Below, in pieces: positions 1-14,300 of a stretch of 64,000 bases of DNA. A program made the position numbers and the translations under genes. Every line of letters begins with the position of its first letter. Position 1 is the first letter of the stretch. A model generated the notes under the pieces. It was not told where the DNA came from, searched no databases, and worked only from the letters and a program-made list of their open reading frames with translations. This stretch comes from Haliotis rubra (Eukaryota), in assembly GCF_003918875.1 (NCBI RefSeq), contig NW_025765780.1, positions 186,001 through 250,000 on the forward strand, written 5' to 3'.

Positions 1-890
1 TCACACAAGAGTCAGAGTTGCGTCGTCATCTAGGCCTCTGTCGCTGGATCTCTCCAGGTGTGGTACACACTCAAGTGTAAGAAGGTTATTTTGATTCAGG
101 CGGCAACCGGCTTGAATATCCCAGGGTTACGAACACACGACGTGGCCAAGGTCAAGACTCCCATGGGACATCGTCTCCACACCGTAACGAAGCGCCCTCT
201 ACTTTTTCAAGTCGCCATCACGCACCCATTACAGGCTAGGTCTGCTCACGTACGACGCCCCCTCTACTGAGTCGTTGTGACGACTTCGCACATACACGCC
301 CAAGCGACCAAATATGACGAGAAAAACACATCATAGGTCCGACGTGGACGCTTTCTAAACTCGTTGTGCCCCAGACAACCGCCTAACCAGCCTGTGTAGG
401 ACACGCGCACGTGCTGCATGCTTTTCCCGCGCGCAAGCCCATGCTCATACACACTTGTTCGCTCGCTCTCGGCTGGACTACGGGTTTTAATAAACTTGGT
501 TGTGACAGCGGTATTGTCATACAAGCAGAAGGATCAGACTGAGTTCGAGCTGGTTTAGATACTGGAAATATAACAGCATTTCGCCAAAGGGGAAGGGACA
601 TTTTCAGTTTTCCGTCTTTATCATCTTTTCCGAATGTATCATTTTGCCAAAGACGGACAATATGAATGGTAAATATTCCTTTAGCAAGCTCACCATTACA
701 AGAATATAAAAAATAAATAATTTTTCAAATTTCGGAAATGCCAAAACTCTTTGATGTGGAAGAATGTTTAGACAAGGTTTCTCTAATCTATGTAATGTGA
801 AAGCACAGTGACAACATCGACAGCAAATAGTGGGCGCATGTAGTTAGTGAAGTGGAGCGCTAAGTACCATGTAAAATGTTGGTTAGACTT

Positions 891-2770
891 AGTACTGTAG
901 TGTCACAGTGTAGCTAATGAAGGATCCCATATCGTACTGTAGTGTCAGTGTAGCTAATGAAGGATCCCAAATCGTACTGTAGAGTCACAGTGTAGCTAAT
1001 GAAGGATCGCATATCGTACTGTAGTGTCAGTGTAGCTAATGAAGGATCGCATATCGTACTGTAGTGTCACAGGGCAGCTAATGAAGGATCGCATATCGTA
1101 CTGTAGTGTCAGTGTAGCTAATGAGGGATCGCATATCGTACTGTGGTGTGGCAGTGTAGCTAATGAAGGATCGCATATCGCACTATAGTGTGGCAGTGTA
1201 GCTAATGAGGGATCGCATATCGTACTGTGGTGTGGCAGTGTAGCTAATGAAGGATCGCATATCGTACTGTAGTGTGGCAGTGTAGCTAATGAAGGATCGC
1301 ATATCGCACTGTGGTGTGGCAGTGTAGCTAATGAAGGATCGCATATCGTACTGTAGTGTCACAGTGTAGCTAATGAAGGATCGCATATCGTACTGTAGTG
1401 TCAGTGTAGCTAATGAGGGATCGCATATCGTACTGTGGTGTGGCAGTGTAGCTAATGAAGGATCGCATATCGTACTGTGGTGTGGCAGTGTAGCTAATGA
1501 AGGATCGCATATCGTACTGTAGTGTCAGCGTAGCTAATGAAGGATCGCATATCGCACTGTGGTGTGGCAGTGTAGCTAATGAAGGATCGCATATCGTACT
1601 GTAGTGTCAGCGTAGCTAATGAGGGATCGCATATCGTACTGTAGTGTCACAGTGTAGCTAATGAAGGATCGCATATCGTACTGTAGTGTCACAGGGCAGC
1701 TAATGAAGGATCGCATATTGTACTGTAGTGTCACAGGGCAGCTAATGAAGGATCGCATATCGTACTGTAGTGTCAGTGTAGCTAATGAGGGATTGCATAT
1801 CGTACTGTGGTGTGGCAGTGTAGCTAATGAAGGATCGCATATCGCACTATAGTGTGGCAGTGTAGCTAATGAAGGATCGCATATCGTACTGTGGTGTGGC
1901 AGTGTAGCTAATGAAGGATCGCATATCGCACTATAGTGTGGCAGTGTAGCTAATGAGGGATCGCATATCGTACTGTGGTGTGGCAGTGTAGCTAATGAAG
2001 GATCGCATATCGTACTGTAGTGTCAGCGTAGCTAATGAAGGATCGCATATCGTACTGTGGTGTCGGCAGCGTAGCTAGCTAATGAAGGATCGCATATCGT
2101 ACTGTGGTGTGGCAGTGTAGCTAATGAAGGATCGCATATCGTACTGTAGTGTCAGCGTAGCTAATGAAGGATCGCATATCGCACTGTGGTGTGGCAGTGT
2201 AGCTAATGAAGGATCGCATATCGTACTGTAGTGTCAGCGTAGCTAATGAAGGATCGCATATCGCACTGTGGTGTGGCAGTGTAGCTAATGAAGGATCGCA
2301 TATCGTACTGTAGTGTCAGCGTAGCTAATGAAGGAACGCATATCGCACTGTGGTGTGGCAGTGTAGCTAATGAAGGATCGCATATCGTACTGTGGTGTGG
2401 CAGCGTAGCTAATGAAGGATCGCATATCGTACTGTGGTGTGGCAGTGTAGCTAATGAAGGATCGCATATCGTACTGTAGTGTCAGTGTAGCTAATGAAGG
2501 ATCGCATATCGTACTGTGGTGTGGCAGTGTAGCTAATGAAGGATCGCATATCGTACTGTAGTGTCAGTGTAGCTAATGAAGGATCGCATATCGCACTGTA
2601 GAGTCACAGGGTAGCTAATGAAGGATCGCATATCGCACTGTGGTGTGGCAGTGTAGCTAATGAGGGATCGCATATCGTACTGTAGTGTCACAGTGTAGCT
2701 AATGAAGGATCGCATATCGTACTGTGGTGTGGCAGTGTAGGTAATGAAGGATCACGCTGAGTACTGTAGT
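891..2770. repeat. Minisatellite, 38-40 bp unit (GTGTAGCTAATGAAGGATCGCATATCGTACTGTAGTGTCA and variants)
   Basis: Directly visible tandem array with interspersed unit variants (…GTAGTGTCA, …GTAGTGTCACA, …GTGGTGTGGCA). The short ORFs here are repeat translations. Confidence 0.97.
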
Positions 2771-3603
2771 GGAATAGTTCTTTCTAAAACTGACTTGGCC
2801 TTGTGTTATAAGATCATATCCCTCTGAAAAACGTTTTAATCGCGCATTAAGGGTACTTGTAAATAACTCAATTATGTTATAGCTCTATACGAATTTGGGT
2901 CAGACTGGTCACCTTTATTTCTATAAATTGATTTTATTGCAAGTGTTAACAAACATTCAGGGTTAATAGCTTCGTCTATAGTTGATGTCATTGTTCAGAA
3001 TGCTGCAGTCATGTGCCTTCCTGTCAAAACTACACTCTTTAAAATCATCTGCACCTTGTTTAGGGGTTCCCTCTTTTTGTTGAAAAAGTCAAAGTAGCTA
3101 GGAATGTCCTGTGATGTTTTCTGTTGTACTTTGTGTTGTCAATGTTCCCCCCAATTCTTTGGGCAAGTGTAATTAATGTTTTTTTCAAAATACGTCTGTT
3201 AGATAATTATCATAATTTCTAATATGCTTGCCCATGACGTTTGGTTAGCTTTTGACTGTAAAGCTATTTTTCTTAAAGCAACGTTTAGCCTTGTTGAACG
3301 TTTTTCTAACCTATGCGCATGAACATTGCCTAAATAGAAAAGATATTCTGCAGATTTTAATCCACTGAACCATGCAATGTACGACGAGAAGGAGTACACT
3401 CAGGTCTGTAGTAGGACATTATGACTAGTAGTTATGAGATTAAACATAAATACTTATGGAAGCGAATAAGGGAACACATGAAAATACAGGTGTTCCTTTA
3501 TTGTTTTCCAGGTTTCTTCACAATGTATGTATTGCACTGCGAGTGCAATTATGGAAATAAAGGAATACTTGTACTTTCATGTGTTCATTTATTCATTTCC
3601 ATT

Positions 3604-4471
3604 AGTATATTACTGTGGTTGATTGGTGTAACTAGTGAAAGATATATACGTAGTAGGCAGTATATTACTGTGGTTGATTGGTGTAACTAGTGAAAGATAT
3701 ATACGTAGTAGGCAGTATATTACTGTGGTTGATTGGTGTAACTAGTGCAGTATATTAAGATGAAAGATATATACGTAGTAGGCAGTATATTACTGTGGTT
3801 GATTGGTGTAACTAGTGAAAGATATATACGTAGTAGGCAGTATATTACTGTGGTTGATTGGTGTAACTAGTGAAAGATATATACGTAGTAGGCAGTATAT
3901 TACTGTGGTTGATTGGTGTAACTAGTGAAAGATATATACGTAGTAGGCAGTATATTACTGTGGTGGATTGGTGTAACTAGTGAAAGATATACACGTAGTA
4001 GGCAGTATATTACTGTGGTTGATTGGTGTAACTAGTGAAAGATATATATGTAGTAGGCAGTATATTACTGTGGTTGATTGGTGTAACTAGTGAAAGATAT
4101 ATACTGTGGTAGTAGGCAGTATATTACTGTGGTTGATTGGTGTAACTAGTGAAAGATATATACGTAGTATATTACTGTGGTTGAGGCAGTATATTACTGT
4201 GGTTGATTGGTGGTTGATTAACTAGTAGTAGTGAAAGATATATACGTAGTAGGCAGTATATTACTGTGGTTGATTGGTGTAACTAGTGAAAGATATATAC
4301 GTAGTAGGCAGTATATTACTGTGGTTGATTGGTGTAACTAGTGAAAGATATACACGTAGTAGGCTGTATATTACTGTGGTTGATTGGTGTAACTAGTGAA
4401 AGATATACACGTAGTAGGCAGTATATTACTGTGGTTGATTGGTGTAACTAGTGAAAGATATCCACGTACTA
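3604..4471. repeat. Minisatellite, 55 bp unit (TATATTACTGTGGTTGATTGGTGTAACTAGTGAAAGATATATACGTAGTAGGCAG)
   Basis: Unit starts recur at 3606, 3661, 3716 and onward; a few units are scrambled near 4100-4230. Confidence 0.97.
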
Positions 4472-6069
4472 GGAGTAACTGGTTTCGCTTACTGTGTGCC
4501 ATGTGACGGGTTATGTTGGACACCAGTGCAGCGTCTGTGTACTGTATAGTCTCTATCCCAACTCAACCGTCACTCAAGTGGAAATACAACCCTGTGGCTG
4601 TTTATGTTGATCCTACAAAAATAACCACATTGCACACGTTGTTGATTGTGTGATACTACCTTTTATCTTGACGTTGTAAATCAGTAAAATAATTATGTTT
4701 GTTACTTCCTTTTTATGGCATACAGCCTGCTTAGGAACAATGCATCACCTGCTGCCCTCGGTCGAATTCCGCGCAGTCAATGGCTATCAGTGATTAATCC
4801 CCTGTGTAGACAACTGAAGGCATCATCAAAGTTGTTACCAGTTATTGGCATAAGTTGAGGAGACGGCAATGAAAGCAAACAGAAAAAGTCAGTAATGCGA
4901 TTGAAAATCCAAGGTGGAAGCGTTAAGACCGGGCTCCGCCCCTAACATTGAAACTGCGCATCACACTAACACATGAAACCCGATTTAATCCCGGAGAGGA
5001 TTTTTTCTTTGGATGGCGATTTAGTCTATCATATTTTGTTGCCTGTTTTACGCGATTTTGGTCTTGTTTTGTGAACAAGCAAGCCTTTAGCAGTAAAACA
5101 TGTGTACTCAGTATGTAGTCCTCTGCTGAATGTCGTGAAAACGATAGTTATATATGTGATAGTTGTTTAGCGTTCACATTGTGGTGAATGTGTACCTGAG
5201 TTACGTTCATTGTTGGAAGATAGCGATTCTAAATTCAATTAACGCATAAAGTGTTTGGACCATTTCCACGATAATGAATGACTGACGGCTGACCGGGCAC
5301 GGGAGCCATTATGGTGTTATTGATCCTCTATAAGTGGCTCGGACAGAGAACAATGTTCACATATTTCTATTGTTTGTTGGATTGAAAAAACGCAACGTTT
5401 CAATAAATATCGACGGCGCAGAATGTTTTCAAATATTTCAAAATTTATCTTTGCTGTTGAAAACACATTATCGCATTTATTGGTGCACAAAACATGATCT
5501 TTTAATCAATTTCTAAATACTGTTCAAACAAAAACATATTATCGTCTGTATTTCAAAGTTGCATAGAAAGGTAGTCAATCAATGTCAAGTAGCAATTGTG
5601 AGTATAGCGACTTTCCTTGTTGGTGGCTATTTCTGACGTGTTTCATGGCCGAGATTTACAGCTTGCTGACATGGAAGAGTTCACACCGATGGACGGAAAT
5701 GTATTGTGAACGAGCAGGATTTATTTCCCGCACCCACGGGTTCAGGGGGTCATATCACACTCAGTTAAAACTTAGTGTTTTCAAACATTGTTTTCCCCTG
5801 AAATGTAAAATTGATTATTTGCAAATAATCAGCATGACGGAATCGACATGACTTGTCTTTTGCACTTCAAAACTGTACCGATAACCTACGCCACAGGCAT
5901 TGGGTTCCTACACCATAGGCATTGGGTTCCTACACCATAGGCATTGGGTTGATATTGCTTCCTTGCCATAGGAGACATAAAGTACGTGATCAAGACTATC
6001 AGTGGTGGAAAAAGGCATGGTGATTGAGGGGGTTGAATCGCTCACATTCTGTGTTGGCCTTAGAGATTA

Positions 6070-6140
6070 GAATGAATGAATGAATGAATGAATGAATGAA
6101 TGAATATCTCTATTCCCTCTAGATTTCAATCCGAACATCA
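6070..6140 (-). mobile_element. 3' terminus of a LINE-like element with (TTCA)n tail
   Basis: (GAAT)n followed by …TTCCCTCTAGATTTCAATCCGAACATC; a near-identical junction occurs at 34150-34225. Confidence 0.55.
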
Positions 6141-6973
6141 AATACATATATATATATATATATACATCAAATATTCGCAACAACATACTCTCAAGGTGGG
6201 TACACACATCTACAGAGCTATATCATGCTATGGTTTGATATGGGAACTCAGGTACCCTCATAGATACCCTCAGGTACCCTCATAGGGAACGGTTCTGGAA
6301 GGGCAATTTAGACGATTAAGTAAAAAAGCCTGGGATGAAACCAGTATTAATTACCAACCCCTTATGAACCATAGTTCCTGTTTTTAACTATTAGATAACA
6401 TTCTGCAAGTGCTACTGTATGACAGAGATATAACTGTGGTGTATAGGAGAAACACCGTCTGCTGCACACAAGCTAACACGTTATTCAATTGTGCTCGTGA
6501 TATAAATTTTAATAATGTAACGTGATGCGTTTTATTTTTGATTGTCAAAATTAATGGTCTACTGTGATTTATCGACCTTCTTGAAAACCGTTAAAATCAA
6601 GAATGACACCCCATGCACGTATATTGGGCTACTACGCTGTGCACGCGCATTCCATGCTTTGTGTTTAGGGGTGGTGATAAAGAGAAACGGTGGTGCTTTC
6701 ATAAAACGTCTATCTTTGTAAAGTTTGTTAACGCTTATACTTCCTATCCAAATTGAAAGTTCAGGTTCCCCTACGTTTTTATGAGTATAGTAAGGATGGA
6801 ATTTAATTAAAGTAACTGAATTATGGATACTCTTGTCTGTGACTGAAACACGTTGTACATTGCACTAAACAGTAGGTCCTGTGCATGTAATTCCGTTCCG
6901 AGTAGATGATAATACATATTTTCTCAAGATATATCAGAGCAAGGATTTTATATGAAGTTACTTTAGTTCCCTC

Positions 6974-7090
6974 ACACTGCTATACACACACAACAATATT
7001 ATTCGGACACTGCTACACACACAACAATCGAACACTGCTACACATACAACAACAACCGAACACTGCTACACATACAACAACCGAACACTG

Positions 7091-7167
<77 letters not shown>

Positions 7168-9170
7168 TCTAACACTGCTATACGCACATAACAAACGAAC
7201 ACTGTTATACACACAACAATCGAACACTGCTCCAAACACTCAACAATCGAACACTGCTATACACACATAGCAAACGAGCAATGTTATACACACAAAAATG
7301 GAACATTTCTATACACACAACAATGGAACACTTCCATACACAGATACAAATCTGACACTGCTATACACACAAAATAATCGAACACTGATATACACACAAA
7401 ATAGTCTAACACTGCTATACACACCACCAATCAAACAGTGATACACACATTCGAGATATACTGCTATACACACACAACAATCGAACACTGCTATACACAG
7501 ACAACAGAACACTGTTATAAACACACAACAATCGGACACTACTATACACACAACAATCGAACACTGATATATACACAACAATCGAACACTACTATACTCA
7601 CAACAATCGAACACTGCTATACACACAACAATCGAACACTACTATACACACAACAATTGAACACTACTATACACACAACAATTGAACACTACTATAATCA
7701 CACAACAAGCTAAGACTGATATACACACAACAATCGAACACTACTATACACACAACTATCGAACGCTGATATACACAATAATCGAACACTCATGCTATAC
7801 ACACATCAATCGAACACTGATATACACACAATAATCGAACACTGATATACACACAATAATCGAACACTGATATACACACAACAATTGAACACTGCTATAA
7901 TCACACAACAATCGAACACTGATATACAAACAACAATCGAACACTACTATACTCACAACAGTTGAACACTGCTAGAATCACACAACAATTGAACACTGAT
8001 ATAGTCACAACAATCGAACACTACTTTACACACAACAATTGAACACTACTATAATCAGACAACAATCGAACACTGATAAACACACATCAATCGAACACTA
8101 CTATACACACAACAATCGAACACTGATATACACACAATAATCGAACACTACTATACTCACAACAATCGAACACTGATATACACACAATAATCGATCACTG
8201 CTATACACACAACAATTGAACACTGCTATAATCAGACAACAATCGAACACTGATAAACACACATCAATCGAACACTACTATACACACAACAATCGAACAC
8301 TGATATACACACAATAATCGAACACTACTATACTCACAACAATCGAACACTGATATACACACAATAATCGATCACTGCTATACACACAACAATCGAACTC
8401 CGCTATACACACAACAATCGAACACTACTATACACACAACAATTGAACACTACTATAATCACACAACCAATCACTGATATACACACATCAATCGATCACT
8501 TCTATACACACAACAATCGAACACTACTATACACACAACAACCGAACACTGATATACACACAATAATCGAACACTACTATACACACAACAATTGAACACT
8601 GCTATACTCACAACAATCGAACACTATTATACACACAATAATCGAACACTACTATACACACAACAATTGAATACTGCTATAATCAGACAACAATCGAACA
8701 CTGATAAACACACATCAATCGAACACTACTATACACACAACAATCGAACACTGCTATACACACAATAATCGAACACTGCTATACATGCAACAATTGAACA
8801 CTGCTATAATCACACAACAATCGAACACTGATATACAAACAACAATCGAACACTACTATACTCACAACAGTTGAACACTGCTATAATCACACAACAATTG
8901 AACACTGATATACATACAACAATCGAACACTACTATACACACAACAATTGAACACTACTATACACACAACAATTGAACACTGCTATAATCACACAACAAT
9001 CGAACACTACTATTCTCACAACAATCGAACACTACTATACACACAACAATCGAACACTGATATACACACAACAATTGAACACTGCTATAATCACACAACA
9101 AGCGAACACTACTATACTCACAACAATCGAACACTACTATTCTCACAACAATCGAACACTGCTATACATA
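6974..9170. repeat. Minisatellite, ~25-26 bp unit (CACACAACAATCGAACACTRMTATA) with embedded (CA)n at ~7093-7165
   Basis: Directly visible tandem array. The His/Thr-rich and Cys/Val-rich ORFs here are repeat artefacts. Confidence 0.96.
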
Positions 9171-11191
9171 CAAGAGTCAAACTGTATGTACACTACATGT
9201 ATACATACATACAGTCGCCATCTATGTGTCTATGTGTGTGTCTGTGTGTGCGATCACAAATGCGCGCGTGTTTTTAAAGAATGTTTAAGGCATTGTAACT
9301 CTGAATCTTTACGCATGGATCTAATATCAGACAAGTTATTTACTAATCTACCCCACCCTGAAGGACATAAAACAGGTTCGTTATTTCTATTGTCCAATTT
9401 AAGGAATATACATCAACAGCATCCATTTGATATGATAAAGTTAGGTTGCTAGGTGGTAGCATAATTATTGTTTTGGATCACAATTTTCTATCCACGGTTG
9501 TTATTGACTGAAGGCGAAAAGTCATCTTTGGAAATGTAACCTACAGAATAGTCGCATGCGAAACAGTGAAGATGGTCACCATGATCTATTGAGGGGAGCG
9601 TCGCTGTTTGCTTCCCCAGCATGGAGACCTTAAGGGATAATACAATGATATGCGGGCAAGTCGATAGTCATGTTAAAAACTACCACTATAAAACTCGAGA
9701 GAAGGTAGCAGCCACTACGTAACTATATAACTTGTTCTTGAAAAAAATATCTTGAATGATCCACTTTACCTTTTGGAAAATATTGTTATGTGTCAATAAT
9801 TACTAATTGTATGCGTGTATATATCCAAAAATATTGCTGTATTTACGCACCATCTGTAGAGCAGTGTCCACACCTCAGCCGAGTAAACAGTTCTTGTTAC
9901 ACTCAGATGACGTTATGCATTGTTACTGGGGATGTACAAATACAAGAAAGACAATATAAATATACTCAGCTTCTGAGTACAGAAGTCTTGTTTTACCCCG
10001 GGGAAAATACAATATTGTTGTTTAATAGGAATATACAACTGCAATCACCGCATTTACATTGTAATAGCGAGAACAGGATGGGCAATAATGCACCTGTACT
10101 GGGTCGGTGTCTTTATTTTTTAAATGTGGAGACAATGGCTATAAAATGATACACACACAATACCTGAAGAGTTTCCAAACGGTGAAGTTTACTTCAAATA
10201 AACACACCTACTTTGCAACGCCTAAAGATTCGCACAAAGACGGAAATTATATTCAGAATGCTGTCTACGCCATTTCTGTATAGGAAAACCCGATGAAAAT
10301 TATGAATTATTGATTTCCCTAATTGACGTCCTATTGCAGTAATAGCCTTAGTGTATGGAACAATACAATTGTAAAATACCGTACTATAACATAATGTGCA
10401 CAGTATCGACCCGTGGACGCTTTCCTAATGGTCCGATGCTAACGTCCAGCACCGCCTATTGCTTTCTTCTCATGACACCAGTCCTGGAGCTGGTGGGGCC
10501 TTTCGATGTGGAATGTTTCTTTTTTTAATGTCGACTGCATTTACACGTTTTAAAAAGTCCTGTTTTGAATTATCTTGTATATTCCCTGCCAGCCGACCTG
10601 GAGAATAATATCGTTCTTTCTGTGTTACATGCTTGCGCCTTAAGCTAATATAGAAGTTAGGACTTTCCCAAACACAGATGTGTCGCTGGTTGCAGTCATC
10701 CATAAAGTTATATCCGTTCTTATTTAGCTACTTAATTTCACCATGATCCAGAACGCAGACATAGATTCAACGCAATTTCAAGATAATCAAAACGCAGCTA
10801 CATATCTATAGTACAGTCTTGCCTTTTAATACATATGCAGGATGACAGTGCACGTTTATAATGATTTCGAAAGCACATGCAGGTGTACTTGAACCTTCCA
10901 CCTTGGTTAAGGAGATAGTTGGTTCGCTTTGTTATACATTTGTCTGTGCTGTCAGAACATATGTTACTATGTCACATATTTCTGTCTCCTGTAATGTATT
11001 AAAACATTGCTCGGACATATTTAAGGCATTACTCGTGGCATACTGTGGCACTTAGTTAAACTCATGTGCCTTGACGAAGTAGATTCAGTAAAGATGTCTG
11101 ATCAGTCACCACAAAGATATTCACTTAGTTTTGACGCAAAACGATGTCTTTTTAAACAATAAAAACTCTTTATAAAACTGATAACACTTGA

Positions 11192-11197
11192 TTTATT
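11192..11197 (-). promoter_or_regulatory. Candidate polyadenylation signal (AATAAA) of the sulfotransferase gene
   Basis: TTTATT on + strand, ~130 nt downstream of the stop codon. Confidence 0.45.
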
Positions 11198-11325
11198 GGC
11201 AAGTAATTTGTTACTCTTGTTCTCAGTTTAGAAATTGCCAGAAATATACATGGAAAAAGCTGAGACACTCACACTCAGAAATAACGCAGTGACGATATCC
11301 AATCGGTGTGCACATATATTTTTTT

Positions 11326-14300
11326 TTATATGTGTACATCACGCCGAAGAGACACGTTCAAATTCAAAAGATGGTCTCTGCTTCTAACGCGTACATAGCC
11401 AAGTTTGTCATACGCCTTCCAACATTCATTGTCGATGATAAGAACATGCTTGTAGTCTATCTTGGTTCGCCATTTAACAGATTCATATTCTGTATTCGGT
11501 CGCACGGCACATGTCATACAGCCGTCGGTTTCATTTCCAGTTGTTAAAGCCTGTACAAATTCATGAAGGCTATCTCTGTATTGAACTTCTATAAAGTCAT
11601 AAACATATTTTATGTTTGAAAACATGTCAGCAACAAGGTCCTCATAAAACAACACTTTTATGTTCTGGGGCCGAGACTTCAGTAAAGTCTTCGTGTCATC
11701 GAAATCGCTTTGTAGTCTTGCGCAGTGATGTCTGGCAATCGATTGCACCATTGACCAATTTCCAAATATTCGTTCTACCTGAGATTTAATGACTGCACGT
11801 GGATCGCGGATGAGATGAATTATCTTGATGTTTAGGCCATTTGTAATCATTTCCCTGGCTGCCTCCATTGGGAAGTTAATAGTTTTGACAGCTGTAAATT
11901 TTGCACGCAAGCATACATCTTTGAGATAACCCATACAAGGATTGATGTCTTCAGAAAACGATGCAGGGTCTCGGAATGCCGTCTTCATACACTTCAGATA
12001 GAGGCTAGAAGATTCACTCTGCCGCTGGTGACCCTGGATGAGCGTCTCAATGGGAAGATCATGGAGGTTACATGTCAGGTAGTTCTTGATGATCGTAATG
12101 GCCTCGGAATTGTAGTTGATAACCTTCCTGCAATATGTAATAAACAGTTAGCAAAATATGTATTTAAAACTCGGCATCGCTTCCCACGATATTATAAAAA
12201 CAACAAACAACCGATAAGACATATGCGAAATTTAACAAGTGATACTCGATCTATATTCATGTACACCAAACTTGTTTGTCTCCTAAGAAGACACACCGAA
12301 ATCTTCGACATCTACTTAGGACCAAATTTGCTATGATGTGTATAAATAGGTATTAAGCACTGATGCAGTGTTCGACGGAGGGAAATACACACAACTGTTG
12401 TCTGGTGGAGATCGGTTGTGTGAAAGGGGCGGTGGGGTAGCCTTCGCTCGTTACGCCGAAGGCCCGGGTTCCATTACCCACATGGGTACAATGTGTGGAG
12501 CCCATTTCTGGTGTCCCCCGCTGTGATATTGCTGGGATATTGGTAAAAGCGGCGTAGAACCATACTCCCTCACTGACTGTAGTGTCAAACTGTTTGAATG
12601 CGTTAAAGGTCCACCCCAACAACACTGCAGTAATTGACAATCAATTATTCTACACTCTTAACTGCGAACGTAAATATAAACAGGAAACATGAAGATAAAG
12701 ACTTTGATAACATATGTGCATTTTAAAGGCGAAAACGATGATGTTAACAAAATAGGAAAAAATAACATTTATTAAACACTTATAAACATGAAGTTGCAAC
12801 TGTAAAGTTTTATCTCTCAGGTGAAATTAACTTCAGATTATGACGTCACTGTTATCGTTTTGGACATGTGCTAGGTGACGCTCATTCAATTTGGAAACAG
12901 TCGGATTTCTTCGCATATGGGGGTTTATTCTAAACTGTGCAACACTCAATCAAGACAACAATAGCGCCTTCAAATGACTTGCATTGATCAATTCCATGGG
13001 TGCAGAACTTTGTTACATTCTGTGACCAGAGTGATGAGAAGACTATTAACTGTATACTAAATGGGGGACATAATGAACTCAAGCATTTCGACTTACAGGT
13101 TTGGATATGTGTGTGTGTGAGTGAGTGAGAGAGAGAGTGAGATTCATAGACCCCCCAACTAGTCATTATTTCGGTATCGAGTACATACAGAAATGTATAT
13201 AGCAGCTATATCCTCGTTCATTCCAGCTTTATGACTGATTGATTACTTGGTATTTCGTGCTGTTCATTTTGTGTACTGCACTTCATGACAATGGCGGAAA
13301 CAACGACACACGCCGACAAACTCACAGGTCAATGTCAGTGTCCACCTTGTGCATTGGTGCAGGCCTGGCACTATAGCCTCATTTAGTCAACTAAATGAAG
13401 TAATAGGTCCCGGGGTAGATCATTCCATATCTGAGGAAGGATTTGGCAGCGCTTAGTTCCTGCAGTGTTGTTTGTGGATGGAGTTGTAAACGTCTCTTTA
13501 TTCCATCCACTACGCGTTCAATGGGTGTCAAATCAGGGGATCTTGCGGGCCAGGGTAGCACATTAAGATTGTTCTGATTAAAATACTTCTGTACAACTCG
13601 AACAACTATTGGTCTGGCATGATCAAATTGACAAGTCACTCCAGGCCCGATTTGTTGCACAAACGGTAAAGCGGCCAAACATGTCATCTCGATACCTTGC
13701 AGCATCCAAGTTCCCCTCAATCACAATCATTGGTGGGATCACTTAATGCAGATGTTATCCCAACCCAAATCCTAACGCCTCCATCTCCAAAATGATCAGT
13801 TTCCAGTACACTTGGTCTGATGTAATTTTCACCTGTTCGCCAGTCCTGCCATGAGTCGCGTCGTCCACATCGCCAGTGTCGTCTTCGCTTACTGAGACGT
13901 GGACATCGATGTTATGGCGTCAGAAATGGCCGTCGCGCTGGGTGTCTTGCGAGGATGTCCTAGACACGAAGACCATGTCTGTCATGGAGCTATCCTCGCA
14001 TCTTCACCGCTGTTGCCAGGTGTTGTAAGGGTTGCTGGAACCTTCTTAGCGGTGCGTGGTTCGAATCCATCGGTCTTGGCGTTGGGTCGTTACTATTGGG
14101 TGGCCACTAAGTGGCGAATGGTCGTTAAATCGACGGTAGATGTCATTCTGCAAGGAGCCAAAATGAAGCATATCTAGCTTTCCATGTCAAATTCCCCGAT
14201 GCGTGGCATTAACCATTCAACCAAAACAATGGTTAGAAGTGATTTTCGAACTTCGTCACAAAGACTGCGTTGAGTGATAATGATACGCATCCTGTTGTCT

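Noticed and set aside
1-520. GC-richer segment with short ORFs at the window start
   Set aside because: No recognisable protein motif or terminal structure; possibly part of a repeat extending outside the window, so it cannot be called.
891-2770. CRISPR-like array or tandem hammerheads (CTAATGA resembles CTGATGA)
   Set aside because: The linkers are a few recurring variants rather than unique spacers, there are no cas genes, the context is eukaryotic, and there is no GAAA core or stems.
6906-9452. His/Thr-rich and Cys/Val-rich ORFs
   Set aside because: They are translations of a 25-bp minisatellite and (CA)n; the unit length is not a multiple of 3 and stops are frequent.
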